Of a DNA stretch of 64,000 nucleotides, positions 38,371 through 51,107 are shown in pieces. This DNA is from Octopus bimaculoides. Lineage: Eukaryota. The translations under genes and the position numbers were made by a program. The DNA lies in contig NC_068990.1 in the NCBI RefSeq assembly GCF_001194135.2, positions 6,440,986 through 6,504,985 of the forward strand, read 5' to 3'. The notes below the pieces were generated by a model. The model made no database searches. It saw only the letters and a list, made by a program, of their open reading frames with translations, and was not told the DNA's origin. The first letter of the stretch is position 1. Every line of letters begins with the position of its first letter.

Positions 38371-39075
38371 TTTGTTTGGCATGTATGTATGTATGTATGT
38401 ATGTATGTATGTCATTATTCATTTTTTATCAAGATTTCTTGCCAATAGAAACAGAGCCGGTTTCTAATCTATATTCAAGGCACCTTCATTCGAATTTCAA
38501 CAACGTCAATAGGGTATTTTTGTATGTATATGTGAAGATCTGTATGTTTTGTTTCATGTATGTATTCTCATGCATATAATTGCATGACTAGATATGCTCA
38601 TATATACTTAAATGATAAACTTCTGGAAAGTTTTACAGATTTTTACAGTACCATTGATGGCTTGGATCTGTAGTCTTCGAATCAGCTTTCTCCTTTCTGG
38701 TTGCATGTATGTATGTATGTATGTATGTATGTATGTATGTATGTATGTCACCACTGGCATTTATATTCTGAGCCTCTGCAAAAGTATTTAATATCATTTT
38801 ATATTGCTAAAATGATACTTATCTATTAAATTGATAAAGATTCCAAACATTTTCAAGCTTGAGAAGAATAGCTGTCGGTGTATTGCCTTCTTATTTAATG
38901 TAAACTTACTATTGTTTCTGATTATGTGTTTAAAGGTGAGCACGCAGACCCACTAATTCTGGACTGATGATGTGGCTTTGCAATCTTCTCTGAAACGTGT
39001 AAGTATGCTATTCCTAAATAATTGCAGAACGAACTCCCCTTCCATTATTGGTTGGCTGAAATACATAATTAAATA

Positions 39076-39268
39076 AACAAGAGAACTCAGAGAGCGCAAC
39101 TCCCCGCCAAGGCAATCAGTTCGTGCCAGTCACGAGCTCAAACATCCCAGAAAGTTTCATCTGAATCCATCCAGCAGCTCTTGAGATATCTTGTCCACTG
39201 GCAAACAAACAAACAAACAAACAAACACGACTGAAAACAATACCCCTGCCTTCGCTAAGGCAGGGGTA
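39076..39268 (+). mobile_element. Helentron/DINE-1-like non-autonomous element (HINE-like)
   Basis: Internal (CAAA)n. 3' perfect 12-bp hairpin TACCCCTGCCTT-cgct-AAGGCAGGGGTA at 39241-39268, with a related cgccaaggca motif near the 5' end. Confidence 0.55.
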
Positions 39269-39354
39269 ATAAATGAATAAATAAATGAATAATACTCCAT
39301 CAGTGAGACACAAATCACACGCACACACACACACACTCTCTCTCACACACGCAC

Positions 39355-39419
<65 letters not shown>

Positions 39420-39793
39420 TTTATGGTTGTAATCTCAGTATTATTTCTGAGCGTAGTTTGAATCAGCTATTTCTCTTTCTCTTTCTCTTTCTCTCTCTCT
39501 CTCTTTCTTTTTCTCTCTCTTTCTCTTTCTCTCGATATATGTACATACATACATATATGTGTGTATTTCCTTGTTTGTCGGTGTGTGTGTTTGTGTGCAT
39601 GTGTGTGTATGTGTGTGTACGCATGTGTGTGTGTTTGAAGTGGTGCTTGTGTTCTCAGGTGTCTTAATGAATGAAAAATAACTACAAGAACGACAAAGCA
39701 CCTGTTATAATGCAATATAAAAGATTCATAAAATATTGGAATTGTAAAATATTTGGAGAAAGTAGAGAAAGTAGAAAAGTGTGATGCTCTTAC

Positions 39794-40114
39794 CTGAATA
39801 GCATTTGTCACATTCCAACCAGCCTGCCAGGATGTGATTCGGTTTCTTTCTAATTTAGCATCCACTGCGTCCATAACAGGAGTTTGGTGCGGACTTCCTA
39901 AAGTCTGTTTACCATCTTTTACATCGGAGATCGATGCAGTACCATTGCTTTCCTCTGTGATGCTACCGAATTTTTTTTTATCGTCAAATATTTCTGTGAG
40001 CTCTTTCTCATTCTCAAACTGAGAATACTTGACAAAATGAACGGTTTCATCTGTTGAACTCTGTCGTATAAGCGACTTCAACTTTTCTATATAATATATG
40101 CTTTTCGCAGTCAT
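39794..40114 (-). CDS. SLC32A1: Vesicular GABA/glycine transporter (VGAT/VIAAT), coding exon 1 (aa 1-107)
   Basis: ATG at 40114. Translates MTAKSIYY...RITSWQAGWNVTNAIQ, matching the VGAT ITxWxAGWNVTNAIQ signature. 321 nt, phase-0 donor CAG|GTAAGA at 39794/39793. Confidence 0.93.
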
Positions 40115-40250
40115 TTTATAAATCTGGATTAGTTTGTTTTACCTAAGTCAATATATATATTTTCGTAGTACTCTTTCCTGTTTAAGAAAATTTCTTAGCT
40201 TCTCTCCTTCTCTCTCCCTACATATGCATACATATATGCATATACATATA

Positions 40251-40299
<49 letters not shown>

Positions 40300-41559
40300 A
40301 TATATATCACTTGGGTTCTATTTCTCTATCTCCCTGTTTCACTCCTCCTACACATGCGGCTGTATTATATGCCACTTTTTCATTCGGTTTTGCAACTTGA
40401 TGTCATAAAACTGCAAAAGAAAAAAAAATTGTATAATTGTTTTGATAAGAAAATCAAAGTAAATAAAAATGCATACCTAATACAACAGAATTATCGCTTA
40501 AGTGTAGCAGATCTCAGTAAAAGCGAATTAAAAGAAGAAAATGCTACGAATAAAATCTAACGGAATAAGCACCAGCTATGCCAAAGCAAGAAACGAAGCT
40601 AACATCACAATTGAAGTACCACAAGTTTTATACTATATTTCGACACATAAAGATAGGCAGAAAAAAGACCAAACAAAATTTTTATTGGAACTGCATCTCT
40701 TATATATAGCCACTATTAACTACAAAATGTCACTTTTATTCAGCCAATGAATGGGCTTCTGCTTGGTCGCTAAATCTGTTAGAATAAGATGCATGGTCTC
40801 TCCAACATCCCATTCTACTATTTTAGAAAGGAAGTAGAAAGGGCACAATAAAGAATGGGGTTTAGGGTACACTATGTCTAAATTCAAAGCGGTATGTTCC
40901 AACGCATTGATTGTTAGATTATATGATCAGAACTGACCTGGAACAAATTTAATCATAGTTAAATACACCATTCCAGCCCATTACAGTTTCCATTAGCTGG
41001 ATACTTGATACAACCACTTCGGTACTTCTGGTCCTTTCTTTTCATGATCTCCAAGATTGGTGTGGGGAATGAGAGAAGTTTCTCCGGACTGTTACCTGGC
41101 CCTAAAAGCAAAAGATGCAACTCAGGACATAAAAAAAAGCGAAATGGTGTTAAACCGTGCGGCAGATAACGCCAACCACCCCAAGCAGGAACGGCCCCTC
41201 CAATGGACTTCTACAAAAAATGTGTCTACAACGCAAAGTTATGGTAGGAAACACTTTCCCAATGTTCTGCGTAGTAGTATTGAAAACGGAACCAAGAAGT
41301 TGCCAAGTGAAGTGCTTAACCATCCAAGCAAGCCTACGCACCTTGAACGCTAAATACTGACAATATCTCATAAAAGGCACGTATCACCAATCTTAATACA
41401 ATAAGATATGTTTTTAACATAGCCACGTGTCAGAAATTTTGGGAGAATTTTTATGTTTATACTTGACTGGTACTTTATTTTAACGACCTCGAGAGAGATG
41501 TGGAGGGGGAGGGGAGATAAGGGAGGGGAGATAAGGGAGGGGAGGGAGAGATGGTGGTG

Positions 41560-41987
41560 AGTGAAATGTGTAATTTAAAAAAAACCTTTTCCTCCGTTAC
41601 TTAGCCCGTCTGTAACGCTTTCGCGTGATTAGTTGAAGAGAAAGGCGAAGAGCGAAAGTGAAAAGAGAGAGATAAAGAGGGTAAGGCGAAGAGTGAGAGA
41701 GAAAGAGAGAAAGAGAGAGAGAGAAAGAGAGAGAGAGAAAGACAGGGAAAGAGAGAGAGTGTGTTGTGTATTAAGTCTATAAAATTGTGCATAAAGTATA
41801 TATAACGTGTGCATTAAGTAATCATCGTATTCCAATTTCCTTCACTTTTCAGTGATTAGCAGATGAATGACTATCTTTTGATACAGACACAACACAGGCT
41901 ATGCTTTCAGGTCTTTTTTGGATAAAGTTTTCAGATAACCCAATAAGTTTACCATTAGCTCCGTGAAATATTTACGGGTCCCGCTAG
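41560..41987 (+). mobile_element. Non-autonomous Helitron-like repeat with GA-rich interior; inverted copy at 55435-55800
   Basis: Imperfect hairpin ccgtgaaatatttacgg then CTAG at 41984-41987; clear reverse-complement similarity to 55435-55800. Confidence 0.5.
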
Positions 41988-42362
41988 CAGCATATAATAC
42001 CAGAATACTTCCTTAAAATCTGATCATAATCGTACAAAAGTAAGCAAGACAAAAATAACCTGCAACACATGAATACCTTTTCAGATTAAAAAAAAAACTG
42101 AGTAGCACAGTTTTATTTAGCTTAATGAAAATATAACGCAAAACGAACTCTCATCAACGTAAAACATATGGACGGTTATACATTGAAGTGAACAACTTTT
42201 CAAGCAAATACTACGAGCAGACTTTCATTTCGAAAGTCTATTATCATTACAATTTGGATATTTAAAAAAATAAAATATAGATGTTTTGAAGTAATTATGA
42301 AAATACATCTTTATATTTATTGTTTACTAATCTAAAAAAAAAAAACCCCAAAAAAACCTGTA

Positions 42363-42391
42363 ACCCGGGCAACGCCGGGTAGTTCAGCTAG
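42363..42391 (+). mobile_element. Helitron 3' terminus
   Basis: ACCCGG-gcaacg-CCGGGT hairpin, 7-nt spacer, then CTAG|T. Confidence 0.65.
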
Positions 42392-42416
42392 TTATTTATG
42401 ATATTATTCTACAAGT

Positions 42417-42543
42417 TAAGGCAGAGAGCTAGTAGAATCGTCAGTATACTGAGCAAAATGCTTAGCGGCATTTCGTCCACTTCTACGTTCTGAGTTCAAA
42501 TTCCGCAGGGGTTGACTTTGCCCTTCATCTCTTCGGGGTGGAT
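42417..42543 (+). mobile_element. SINE family C, 5' part running into a gap
   Basis: gttctgagttcaaattccgc..gttgactttgcccttcatc. Confidence 0.8.
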
Positions 42544-42752
42544 NNNNNNNNNNNNNNNNNNNNNNNNNNNNNNNNNNNNNNNNNNNNNNNNNNNNNNNNN
42601 NNNNNNNNNNNNNNNNNNNNNNNNNNNNNNNNNNNNNNNNNNNNNNNNNNNNNNNNNNNNNNNNNNNNNNNNNNNNNNNNNNNNNNNNNNNNNNNNNNNN
42701 NNNNNNNNNNNNNNNNNNNNNNNNNNNNNNNNNNNNNNNNNNNNNNNNNNNN

Positions 42753-42804
<52 letters not shown>

Positions 42805-43079
42805 CTGAAGAAGAAGAGACTAAGAGAAAAAGAGGTGAAGGTTTGTAATATTCTGCATTTGTGTTTTAAATTGCAGGCAGAGTCGGGATGTTTGACATAA
42901 TAAAAGAATGTCATGAAGATCTATAAATTTTTGCATTAAAAGATAGATCGATAGAAAATTAAAGTGAAATAACCTTAGAAAATTGCTGTGGATGTTACAC
43001 GTTCATGTTTTATGAGATCCAAACCCCTTAGAAAATGGATCATTTTCACAAAACTAAGCCAACTTCCAATAATATCAAT

Positions 43080-44040
43080 GACCCCAAACGAAAGAACAAG
43101 TAAATCGAGGGCTACACTATATTATAATGCATTCAGAAGGCAAATAGCTACTAACACCCTGGCGAAATTTTTCACCGCTACAGATAGACATTTTCCGAAA
43201 TCGAATAAATACCATAGAATCATTAACCGGCATGCTATTAGAGTAGCAATCTCCACTTGCAGATTATAGCGAAGCATATCACTATGAAAATGTCTGAATA
43301 CCATAGAAAAAAGAAAACGAAGTAAAATAGGTAATAAAAATAATAATAAGAGTACTCCTAATGATAACCACGCACATCGAGCTGAAAAGGTAGATAGTCA
43401 ATGCAGGCAATGAAAGAGAAACGTACACCAAAATAGAGAAGAGCAGTGGAAGGGAGACAACCGGTATAATTTCTAGCGTAGCTGGCCCAGAAATAGTAAA
43501 CGGTAGACAAAATAAAACAGAAACTCATGTCTATAGATGAAATATAAACACTAGTTGATCTGTAGATAGAAAAACAGAAGAGGTATCTAATTCTGGTCCC
43601 ATTAACACAAGCAGGATTGCTATCAATAAAAATCTTTGTAGCTGGACAAGAAAAAATCTGTCCCAAAACGCTCAATGTCTAACGGAAAATATAGTATACG
43701 GGTGTAGGGTTACATCTAGTGGATTTCGCCCATCTATATTGGGCATGGTAGACGAATTTCAAGGCGAGACTGGCAAGTCATTTAGCTTTATTTAGAGATA
43801 TAGGGAAAATGCATAGCAAGAGCTTAAGAGGGTTTATCCGCTCCTTTAATAATAACACTAACTTTAATATAGAATGGGAAATGATGGTTGAAGCACAACC
43901 TTATGTAATCGGGGAAAAAATGCAATTTATGTATAGAAGAAATACTCCATATTTTCTCGTCTAAACACCAGTTGCTAAATAGAAAGCAAAAACAACCCCC
44001 GAAGGTGTCCACACCTTTACAGAAAGGCATTCAAATATTT
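43080..44040 (+). mobile_element. Penelope-like element fragment (post-RT region and GIY-YIG endonuclease), degenerate
   Basis: LYYNAF..IATN...KFF...DRHFPKSNKYHRIINRHAIRVA and NTNFNIEWEMMVEAQPY. Confidence 0.7.
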
Positions 44041-44247
44041 CCATAGAAAGGATTTCTAATTAAGCACCAGGTAAACAGGAGATGCTTGGTTTTACACTGC
44101 AAATGTAGTATCTATTTTGCTTATATCAAGTAGTAAAAATCCGTATTTGAAATGCTTACTACACATCTAGAATGACGAAACCTATATGTAAATTAAATCC
44201 TATATAATGACTATATAAGGAAAGATTCGAATCAACCTCACAAATAA

Positions 44248-44300
<53 letters not shown>

Positions 44301-46049
44301 NNNNNNNNNNNNNNNNNNNNNNNNNNNNNNNNNNNNNNNNNNNNNNNNNNNNNNNNNNNNNNNNNNNNNNNNNNNNNNNNNNNNNNNNNNNNNNNNNNNN
44401 NNNNNNNNNNNNNNNNNNNNNNNNNNNNNNNNNNNNNNNNNNNNNNNNNNNNNNNNNNNNNNNNNNNNNNNNNNNNNNNNNNNNNNNNNNNNNNNNNNNN
44501 NNNNNNNNNNNNNNNNNNNNNNNNNNNNNNNNNNNNNNNNNNNNNNNNNNNNNNNNNNNNNNNNNNNNNNNNNNNNNNNNNNNNNNNNNNNNNNNNNNNN
44601 NNNNNNNNNNNNNNNNNNNNNNNNNNNNNNNNNNNNNNNNNNNNNNNNNNNNNNNNNNNNNNNNNNNNNNNNNNNNNNNNNNNNNNNNNNNNNNNNNNNN
44701 NNNNNNNNNNNNNNNNNNNNNNNNNNNNNNNNNNNNNNNNNNNNNNNNNNNNNNNNNNNNNNNNNNNNNNNNNNNNNNNNNNNNNNNNNNNNNNNNNNNN
44801 NNNNNNNNNNNNNNNNNNNNNNNNNNNNNNNNNNNNNNNNNNNNNNNNNNNNNNNNNNNNNNNNNNNNNNNNNNNNNNNNNNNNNNNNNNNNNNNNNNNN
44901 NNNNNNNNNNNNNNNNNNNNNNNNNNNNNNNNNNNNNNNNNNNNNNNNNNNNNNNNNNNNNNNNNNNNNNNNNNNNNNNNNNNNNNNNNNNNNNNNNNNN
45001 NNNNNNNNNNNNNNNNNNNNNNNNNNNNNNNNNNNNNNNNNCTAAAAGCAATATCTTGTTTGAAATCCCTTGCCTGTGCTTAGTATACAAATGTTCTCAA
45101 ATATGCTGACTTACACCGTGGAATTTCCACCCAGTTTGTGTAGTTCCTCTTCAATCCAGTAATCTTATCAATCTCCTTTCAACTTCTCCGTCCTGCCATT
45201 TGGCTCTGAGCTCTTTCTCTTATTAATATATGCGTGCGTGCACGTCCTGTTGTGTGTGTGTGTGTGTGTATACATATAGAGGTTGTTCTTTTCAAACTTT
45301 ATGCATCAGTAAGATTTAAATGTTATTGTATGATTCAAATCCAAATTTCGGCACTAAGTACAACGTTGATCCAATAGATTTTGTTTCAGTATCTAATATT
45401 TCCATTTGGTAAACACTATTTACCATTTGGAATGCACTTCCTTGACTACCTACTTTTTAACAGGCCAAGTGGTTGCTATCAATTAATGACCGTGTTAAAG
45501 TTAATAACCACCTGTTTATATTTACCTAAGATTTCTCAGTGAGAGTTTCAAGCATTACGTCTTTTATATTTATCTAAATAATCCAACTCAACGTTGGTTT
45601 CTATTATTTTCATATCATTCTTGATCCTGCTAGCTTAAAGTCAATGCTGTTGCTTCAGGCAACGTATGCTTGTATAACGCAGATATATCATACGGTTTTC
45701 TCTTTAAACTGAAGTCGTGACCAATAAGCTGTGTATGGTGTACATTGGATGGGACCTAGAGAGTCAAGGAAGATCCCATGAATATCTGACAGTTTCTCAC
45801 CCTCAAAGTAAACATAACTTACACTCACTTCCATCAGAATATTTTGCAAAGCTTAATAACTTTTGTGGAATAATAATAGTTTCGTATGTAAGTGTAGTAA
45901 CTGTACAAACAAACATCCGTTAATCTACTCGAAATGACCATCAAAAATCTGCAAAATATAGAAAGAAAGCTAATATATTTGCAAAATCTTGAACACAAGA
46001 TACAGAATTGAAAATTTTGAAATTAATTTAGGGTACAAACAGCACCTTA

Positions 46050-46330
46050 CCATAGTTTTCAATCGGAAGATCAAGAAATTTATCTAATAACAAATTGCAG
46101 TAAAGAAGTGTGTTTGAAAATGTTAATTTACATCGAACAAAAAGCATTAATTTAATAAACAATATTATTGCTATGGTTTTGCAGAAGAAGTTAGTTGACT
46201 TTAAAACGTCAAAATACTCCTTGTTAATTGGTGGAGCAATTGATATAAGCGTCAGAGACCTAATGTGGTTATATGAGAGATATTTTCCCTATAGATATCA
46301 AAGAGTGCAATATTTTTTTAATTCAACTGA
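46050..46330 (+). mobile_element. hAT-family transposase fragment
   Basis: LHRTKSINLINNII...YSLLIGGAIDIS...RYF resembles the hAT L.RTK...FSL..DESTDIS...VRY segment. Confidence 0.5.
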
Positions 46331-47239
46331 GTGCGGCAGAAGAGAGGAATAAAAGGAAAAAACAAGAAACAGAAGCTAAAAAATATAGGAATAAAAAATC
46401 AATTTTTTTTTGGCACTTGAACAACACATTCTTTCATCGGTACTAACTGCAAGAAAAATGAATATAAACCAACCCACCGATGTATCAGACGGAGAATTGA
46501 ACGTCCTTCAAGAACCAGATGTGTTTTTAAAGAAGCAGAAAATACAAAACTTTTGAATAAAAAAAATGGAGGAAAACAGCTCAGCCTATATGAGATGCGA
46601 TTCTGTACTACAATCTAGGTTCCCTGGAGTCTGTAAAAATATAGAAAAAAATAATTTTCTCAGATATCCTGTAGGCAGAAATGTTTACATTCAGTCTGAA
46701 GTATCTTTAAAATCAGAGCCATAGAAATATTCTTAGAAAATAATGGAATCATTAACATAGAGCATCAAGATAAATTGCATAGAAAATGGAGATATCTTCT
46801 CCACAGAGTTCCTCATTACATGAAAATTTAGCAAAACTTTGCACTGCGTTGTTGACAGAATTCTATTGACAGGTTCAGGAAAACAATTAGTTGAATTATA
46901 ACACGAAGCTGGGATTACTAGAATCATTGATAGGGTTTGATTTCAGAGAAGTGCTTCTCAATAGCATAGGAAAGAATCCTGGAAGAACACCATAATTTCT
47001 CCGTTAGAATTAAATGAATATACTCAGCTGATCGCTTCTGAAGTTCACCACAAACGATTACTTAGCATTTGTTCATTTGGCCAAATATTCTTGCCTCCTG
47101 TTTAACTCTACTCAAGATCAAACATATAGATAGCATGTGGCAAGTTCGTTATATTCATATTGATTTTAAGGAGGCAACCTTTTTGAACAAGTGTCTTTTC
47201 CAGAGTTTATCTAACTAAAACGCAAAGATACTGAAAGTA

Positions 47240-47383
47240 TGATAGAAGTGATTCAACAAGGGAATACTGAAAAAGACAGCTGCATTGAGGTCCTGGAAAT
47301 AATTGTTAAGCCCTGGATAGACAGTGTACGCAATGGAAGGCCATATATGTTTCAGTAAGACTCTGCACTATCACACATGGCTC
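47240..47383 (+). mobile_element. maT/DD37D-like transposase catalytic fragment
   Basis: IEVLEIIVKPWIDSVRNGRPYMFQ*DSALSH. Confidence 0.7.
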
Positions 47384-47940
47384 NNNNNNNNNNTGTTCGC
47401 AAATGATTGAAAATCTGCCGGAAGTTTCCATCAAATTTTGAAAATGAGTTTATACTCATTCAATGTTATACATTTCTAAGGGCAGCCTTATATATGTACA
47501 TATATGTGCATACAAACACACACATGCACACACACACACACATGCGCACGCGCACACACACACACATACACACACACGCACACACACACACACACAAAAC
47601 ACACACAGAGACATATCTATACATACATATATATATACACACATACACATACATATATACATAGATTAGCGTATATATATGCGCCCATATACATATGTAT
47701 GCATATACATGTGTACATACATGTGCATTCGCGCCTCACACACACACATATATCATAAAATCGGGATATATGAGAGGTGGATACAGGTTTATATTGTTTC
47801 TATGACTTCTATATTATTACAGCCGTTTCATAATCTTGTCCATATATTATTAGTTTCAATGTTCTAAATAATATACGTACATTTTACACGAATAAGCATA
47901 TTCAGTATTATATAATACAATTGTATAGTAGATATTATAT

Positions 47941-48651
47941 ACTCTTTTACTCTTTTACTCTTTTACTTGTTTCAGTCATTTTGACTGCGGCCATGCTGGA
48001 GCACCGCTTTTAGTCGAGCAAATCGACCCCAAAACTTATTCTTTGGAAGCCTAGTACTTATTCTATCGGCCTCTTTTGCCGAACCGCTAAGTTACGGGGA
48101 CATAAACACACCACCATCGGTTGTCAAGCGATGTTGGGGGGACAAACACAGACACACAAACATATACACACACATACATACACACACACACACACACATA
48201 TATATNNNNNNNNNNNNNNNNNNNNNNNNNNNNNNNNNNNNNNNNNNNNNNNNNNNNNNNNNNNNNNNNNNNNNNNNNNNNNNNNNNNNNNNNNNNNNNN
48301 NNNNNNNNNNNNNNNNNNNNNNNNNNNNNNNNNNNNNNNNNNNNNNNNNNNNNNNNNNNNNNNNNNNNNNNNNNNNNNNNNNNNNNNNNNNNNNNNNNNN
48401 NNNNNNNNNNNNNNNNNNNNNNNNNNNNNNNNNNNNNNNNNNNNNNNNNNACATATATATATATATACATATATATATATACATATATACGACGGGCTTC
48501 TTTCAGTTTCCGTCAACCAAATCGACTCACAAGGCTTTGGTCGGCCCGAGGCTATAGTAGAAGACATTGCCCAAGGTGCCACGCAGTGGGAATGAACCCG
48601 GAACCATGTGGTTGGTAAGCAAGCTACTTACCACACAGCCACTCCTGCGCC
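47941..48651 (-). mobile_element. SINE family B, full length, with a gap in the internal microsatellite
   Basis: Reverse complement of the 50891 copy; (GAGTAAAA)3 tail. Confidence 0.92.
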
Positions 48652-49415
48652 TATATGTATAATATATATAAAAAAAGATCTCATCTGATCATAATATACC
48701 AGAACATCATGGATACATCCAGGATTCAACTCTGTTATACGAAGAAGATCTCCCCTTTTTATACACAGTATATGGATGGCCAAAATTAGAAGTAGCTACA
48801 ATAAATAGAAATGTAAATGGAACCCTTATCAAAAAGCAGTGAATAGACTTGTAAAATGTTAGTTTTTCTTAAACAACCCGGAAAGACTCAAACGAAATTA
48901 CGGATATTTTAATGTGCAAAACAAATAAAACAAAATATACCGTGGATGGTCAGTTGTTGTGAATCGTTAAAATAAAAATAAAGTTCATTATATGATAAAC
49001 CACTATTGGAAACTACATTTCTTAAGGTTTAAGAGACTAGTATTAAATTACAGACGGATACTGTCGAATAACAACGTCAGACAGAAAAATGATTAATTAA
49101 CAGTTTTGGATGATCATTTGAAAACAGATATACAAATCAATTTGAAGAATTCATGCATGAATGTTCTATAAAATTCAGCTAAGCTCATAAGTTCAACCCA
49201 TCATCCACACTGCCCTCCTTTTCACACCACTCATTTTTACACACCTGATAGAAATTACACTAATTTCATCACACACACAATCATACAAACGCACATATAT
49301 CTAGTGTAAAGAACAATCAAATATACTTATCTACTCACACAATACAGCCACCACCCACCACACATATATACACACACCATAGCAATACATACACATATAC
49401 AATGCCTACTATATA

Positions 49416-50175
49416 CAGGGTGTTCGGGCTGAAAGCACAATATTCCATTTAAAGATAAAAGTATTCTAAAAATAAAAACATCAACAAGATTATGGCTGGT
49501 AGATAACAGTTCACTCAAAGTAGCCACCTTCCGCTTCCACAACGGTCTCAGGACGGCTCTGGAACCTGGCGCACGAGTTCTTCACTGTGACCCTGGCAAA
49601 TCTTCGAAAACTTCTTTGATCTTGGCGACAAGCTCGGCTTGGTGTTGCAGCCAGAGCGGTTGGTGTCTTCTCCAACCGCGTCCTACACATAGTAATCTAC
49701 AGGATTACAATTGGTGGGGCGGAGGAGGGGTGTAGGAAGCCATTGAAATCGTAGAAATTCTCCGATAATCACTTCTGGCTCTCTCCAGAGGTAAAGCAAG
49801 GAGCTGAACCTTGTTGCCATATATATGGTCTTCCAGCAGCAATCACGGTTTCCAGCAATTTCACAAAGCTATCTGCATTGAGCCTAAGGGCCTATTCAAG
49901 AATGTGGGGGATTAAATTCCGGAGTGCAGACGCAGTCAGAACGCCCACTGAATTCCTTCCTGTTCGTCAAAACTTCGTAGAATCGGTCGCAGCTGCTCAT
50001 ATCACGTTTTACAGCTTTTACAGTGTTCACAGAACATTGAGTAGTAGTCATGCTGTCGGCATTTTGATATCCGTCGCAAATCATCATGACTCAGGCGGCT
50101 CCCAGTCCTCCGTGCCAGATAATATTTTCTCAACTACAACTTCAATTTTTATGCTAACACCGTTGATTGTTCACC
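49416..50175 (-). mobile_element. Internally deleted maT/DD37D-like element
   Basis: TA|CAGGGTG end. C-terminal remnant resembling PP..SPDCNP.DYYV...FRSRLEAVVEAEGGYFE; N-terminal TQCSVNTVKAV...RSDCV.TPEF. Confidence 0.7.
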
Positions 50176-50389
50176 AATAAATCAAGATGTTCCTGAAAAA
50201 AAAAAAAGGGAGAAATTAACGCCTCTTTTTCAACATCATTCTGTTTATTGTCACGCAAAATTTGAATACAGTCCATCTTTAATCTCGCCTAATCTAATTG
50301 GCTTTGACGGCATAATCGATTTTGTCTACTAGTATACATACCTTTCTGCCTTTTTAATTCTTTTACAGTATGTCTTTCTTTAGGCATAT

Positions 50390-50640
50390 CAAAATTGCTC
50401 CTTTCTCACTACGGTATTAGAAGCTCCTCCAAAAGATTGCAATCGTAACTGTGCTCGTCCACGTGCAAACGTATTATATTGCTCAGAGTTCTTGATATAA
50501 TGATGGGGTCGGGTTTCACTTAATATTGCATAGGCATTTTTAATATTTGTCCCTCCAAATTGAATAAGTTGTTTACACCATCTGTTATTGAAACGATCGT
50601 AACCGAATAAGAAATGTGATGCCAATATTTTCATTCTTTT
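50390..50640 (-). mobile_element. Penelope-like RT fragment, degenerate
   Basis: RFNNRWCKQLIQFGGTNIKNAYAIL resembles F.FN..YxQ..G.AMG...AP.YA.L. Confidence 0.4.
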
Positions 50641-50890
50641 ATATATTATAAATCTTTATACAAATATAGACACACGCAGTCACAAATACACTCATGCACA
50701 CACAAACACACACATATGGTGCTTACTTAATTAAACATCTCTTCTATGGAAGTGTCTGAATGCTCTTGTGTAAAAGTGCGTATACTTTTGTAAAGTACAA
50801 ATTTATTATCCTTATTATTAGCTAGCCGAAACTTCGAAGTCACTGTCAACAATATTCGTGTATAGGAATAATGTATATATTATTCTTATA

Positions 50891-51061
50891 GGCGCAGGAG
50901 TGGCTGTGTGGTAAGTAGCTTGCTTACGAACCACATGGTTCCGGGTTCAGTCCCACTGCGTGGTATCTTGGGCAAGTGTCTTCTACTATAGCCTCGGGCC
51001 GACCAAAGCCTTGTGAGTGGATTTGGTAGACGGAAACTGAAAGAAGCCCGTCGTGTATATG

Positions 51062-51107
<46 letters not shown>

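Larger units (their letters stand above)
10752..39793 (-). other. VGAT intron 1 (about 29 kb, phase 0)
   Basis: GT...AG ends. Exons 1 and 2 join in frame into the conserved NAIQGMF motif. Contains two N-gaps. Confidence 0.9.

Noticed and set aside
39467-39793. In-frame extension of exon 1 past the donor (215-aa ORF)
   Set aside because: Reads through a strong GTAAGA donor into (CA)n/(GA)n repeats; low-complexity product.
40126-40131. TAATCC (UNC-30/Pitx-type site, known from the unc-47 promoter) just upstream of the ATG
   Set aside because: A single hexamer is expected by chance and probably lies in the 5' UTR; no clustering or conservation evidence.
41057-41380. Overlapping 67-98 aa ORFs about 1 kb upstream of the VGAT ATG
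   Set aside because: No recognisable domain or convincing splice context; possibly a decayed LINE ORF1.
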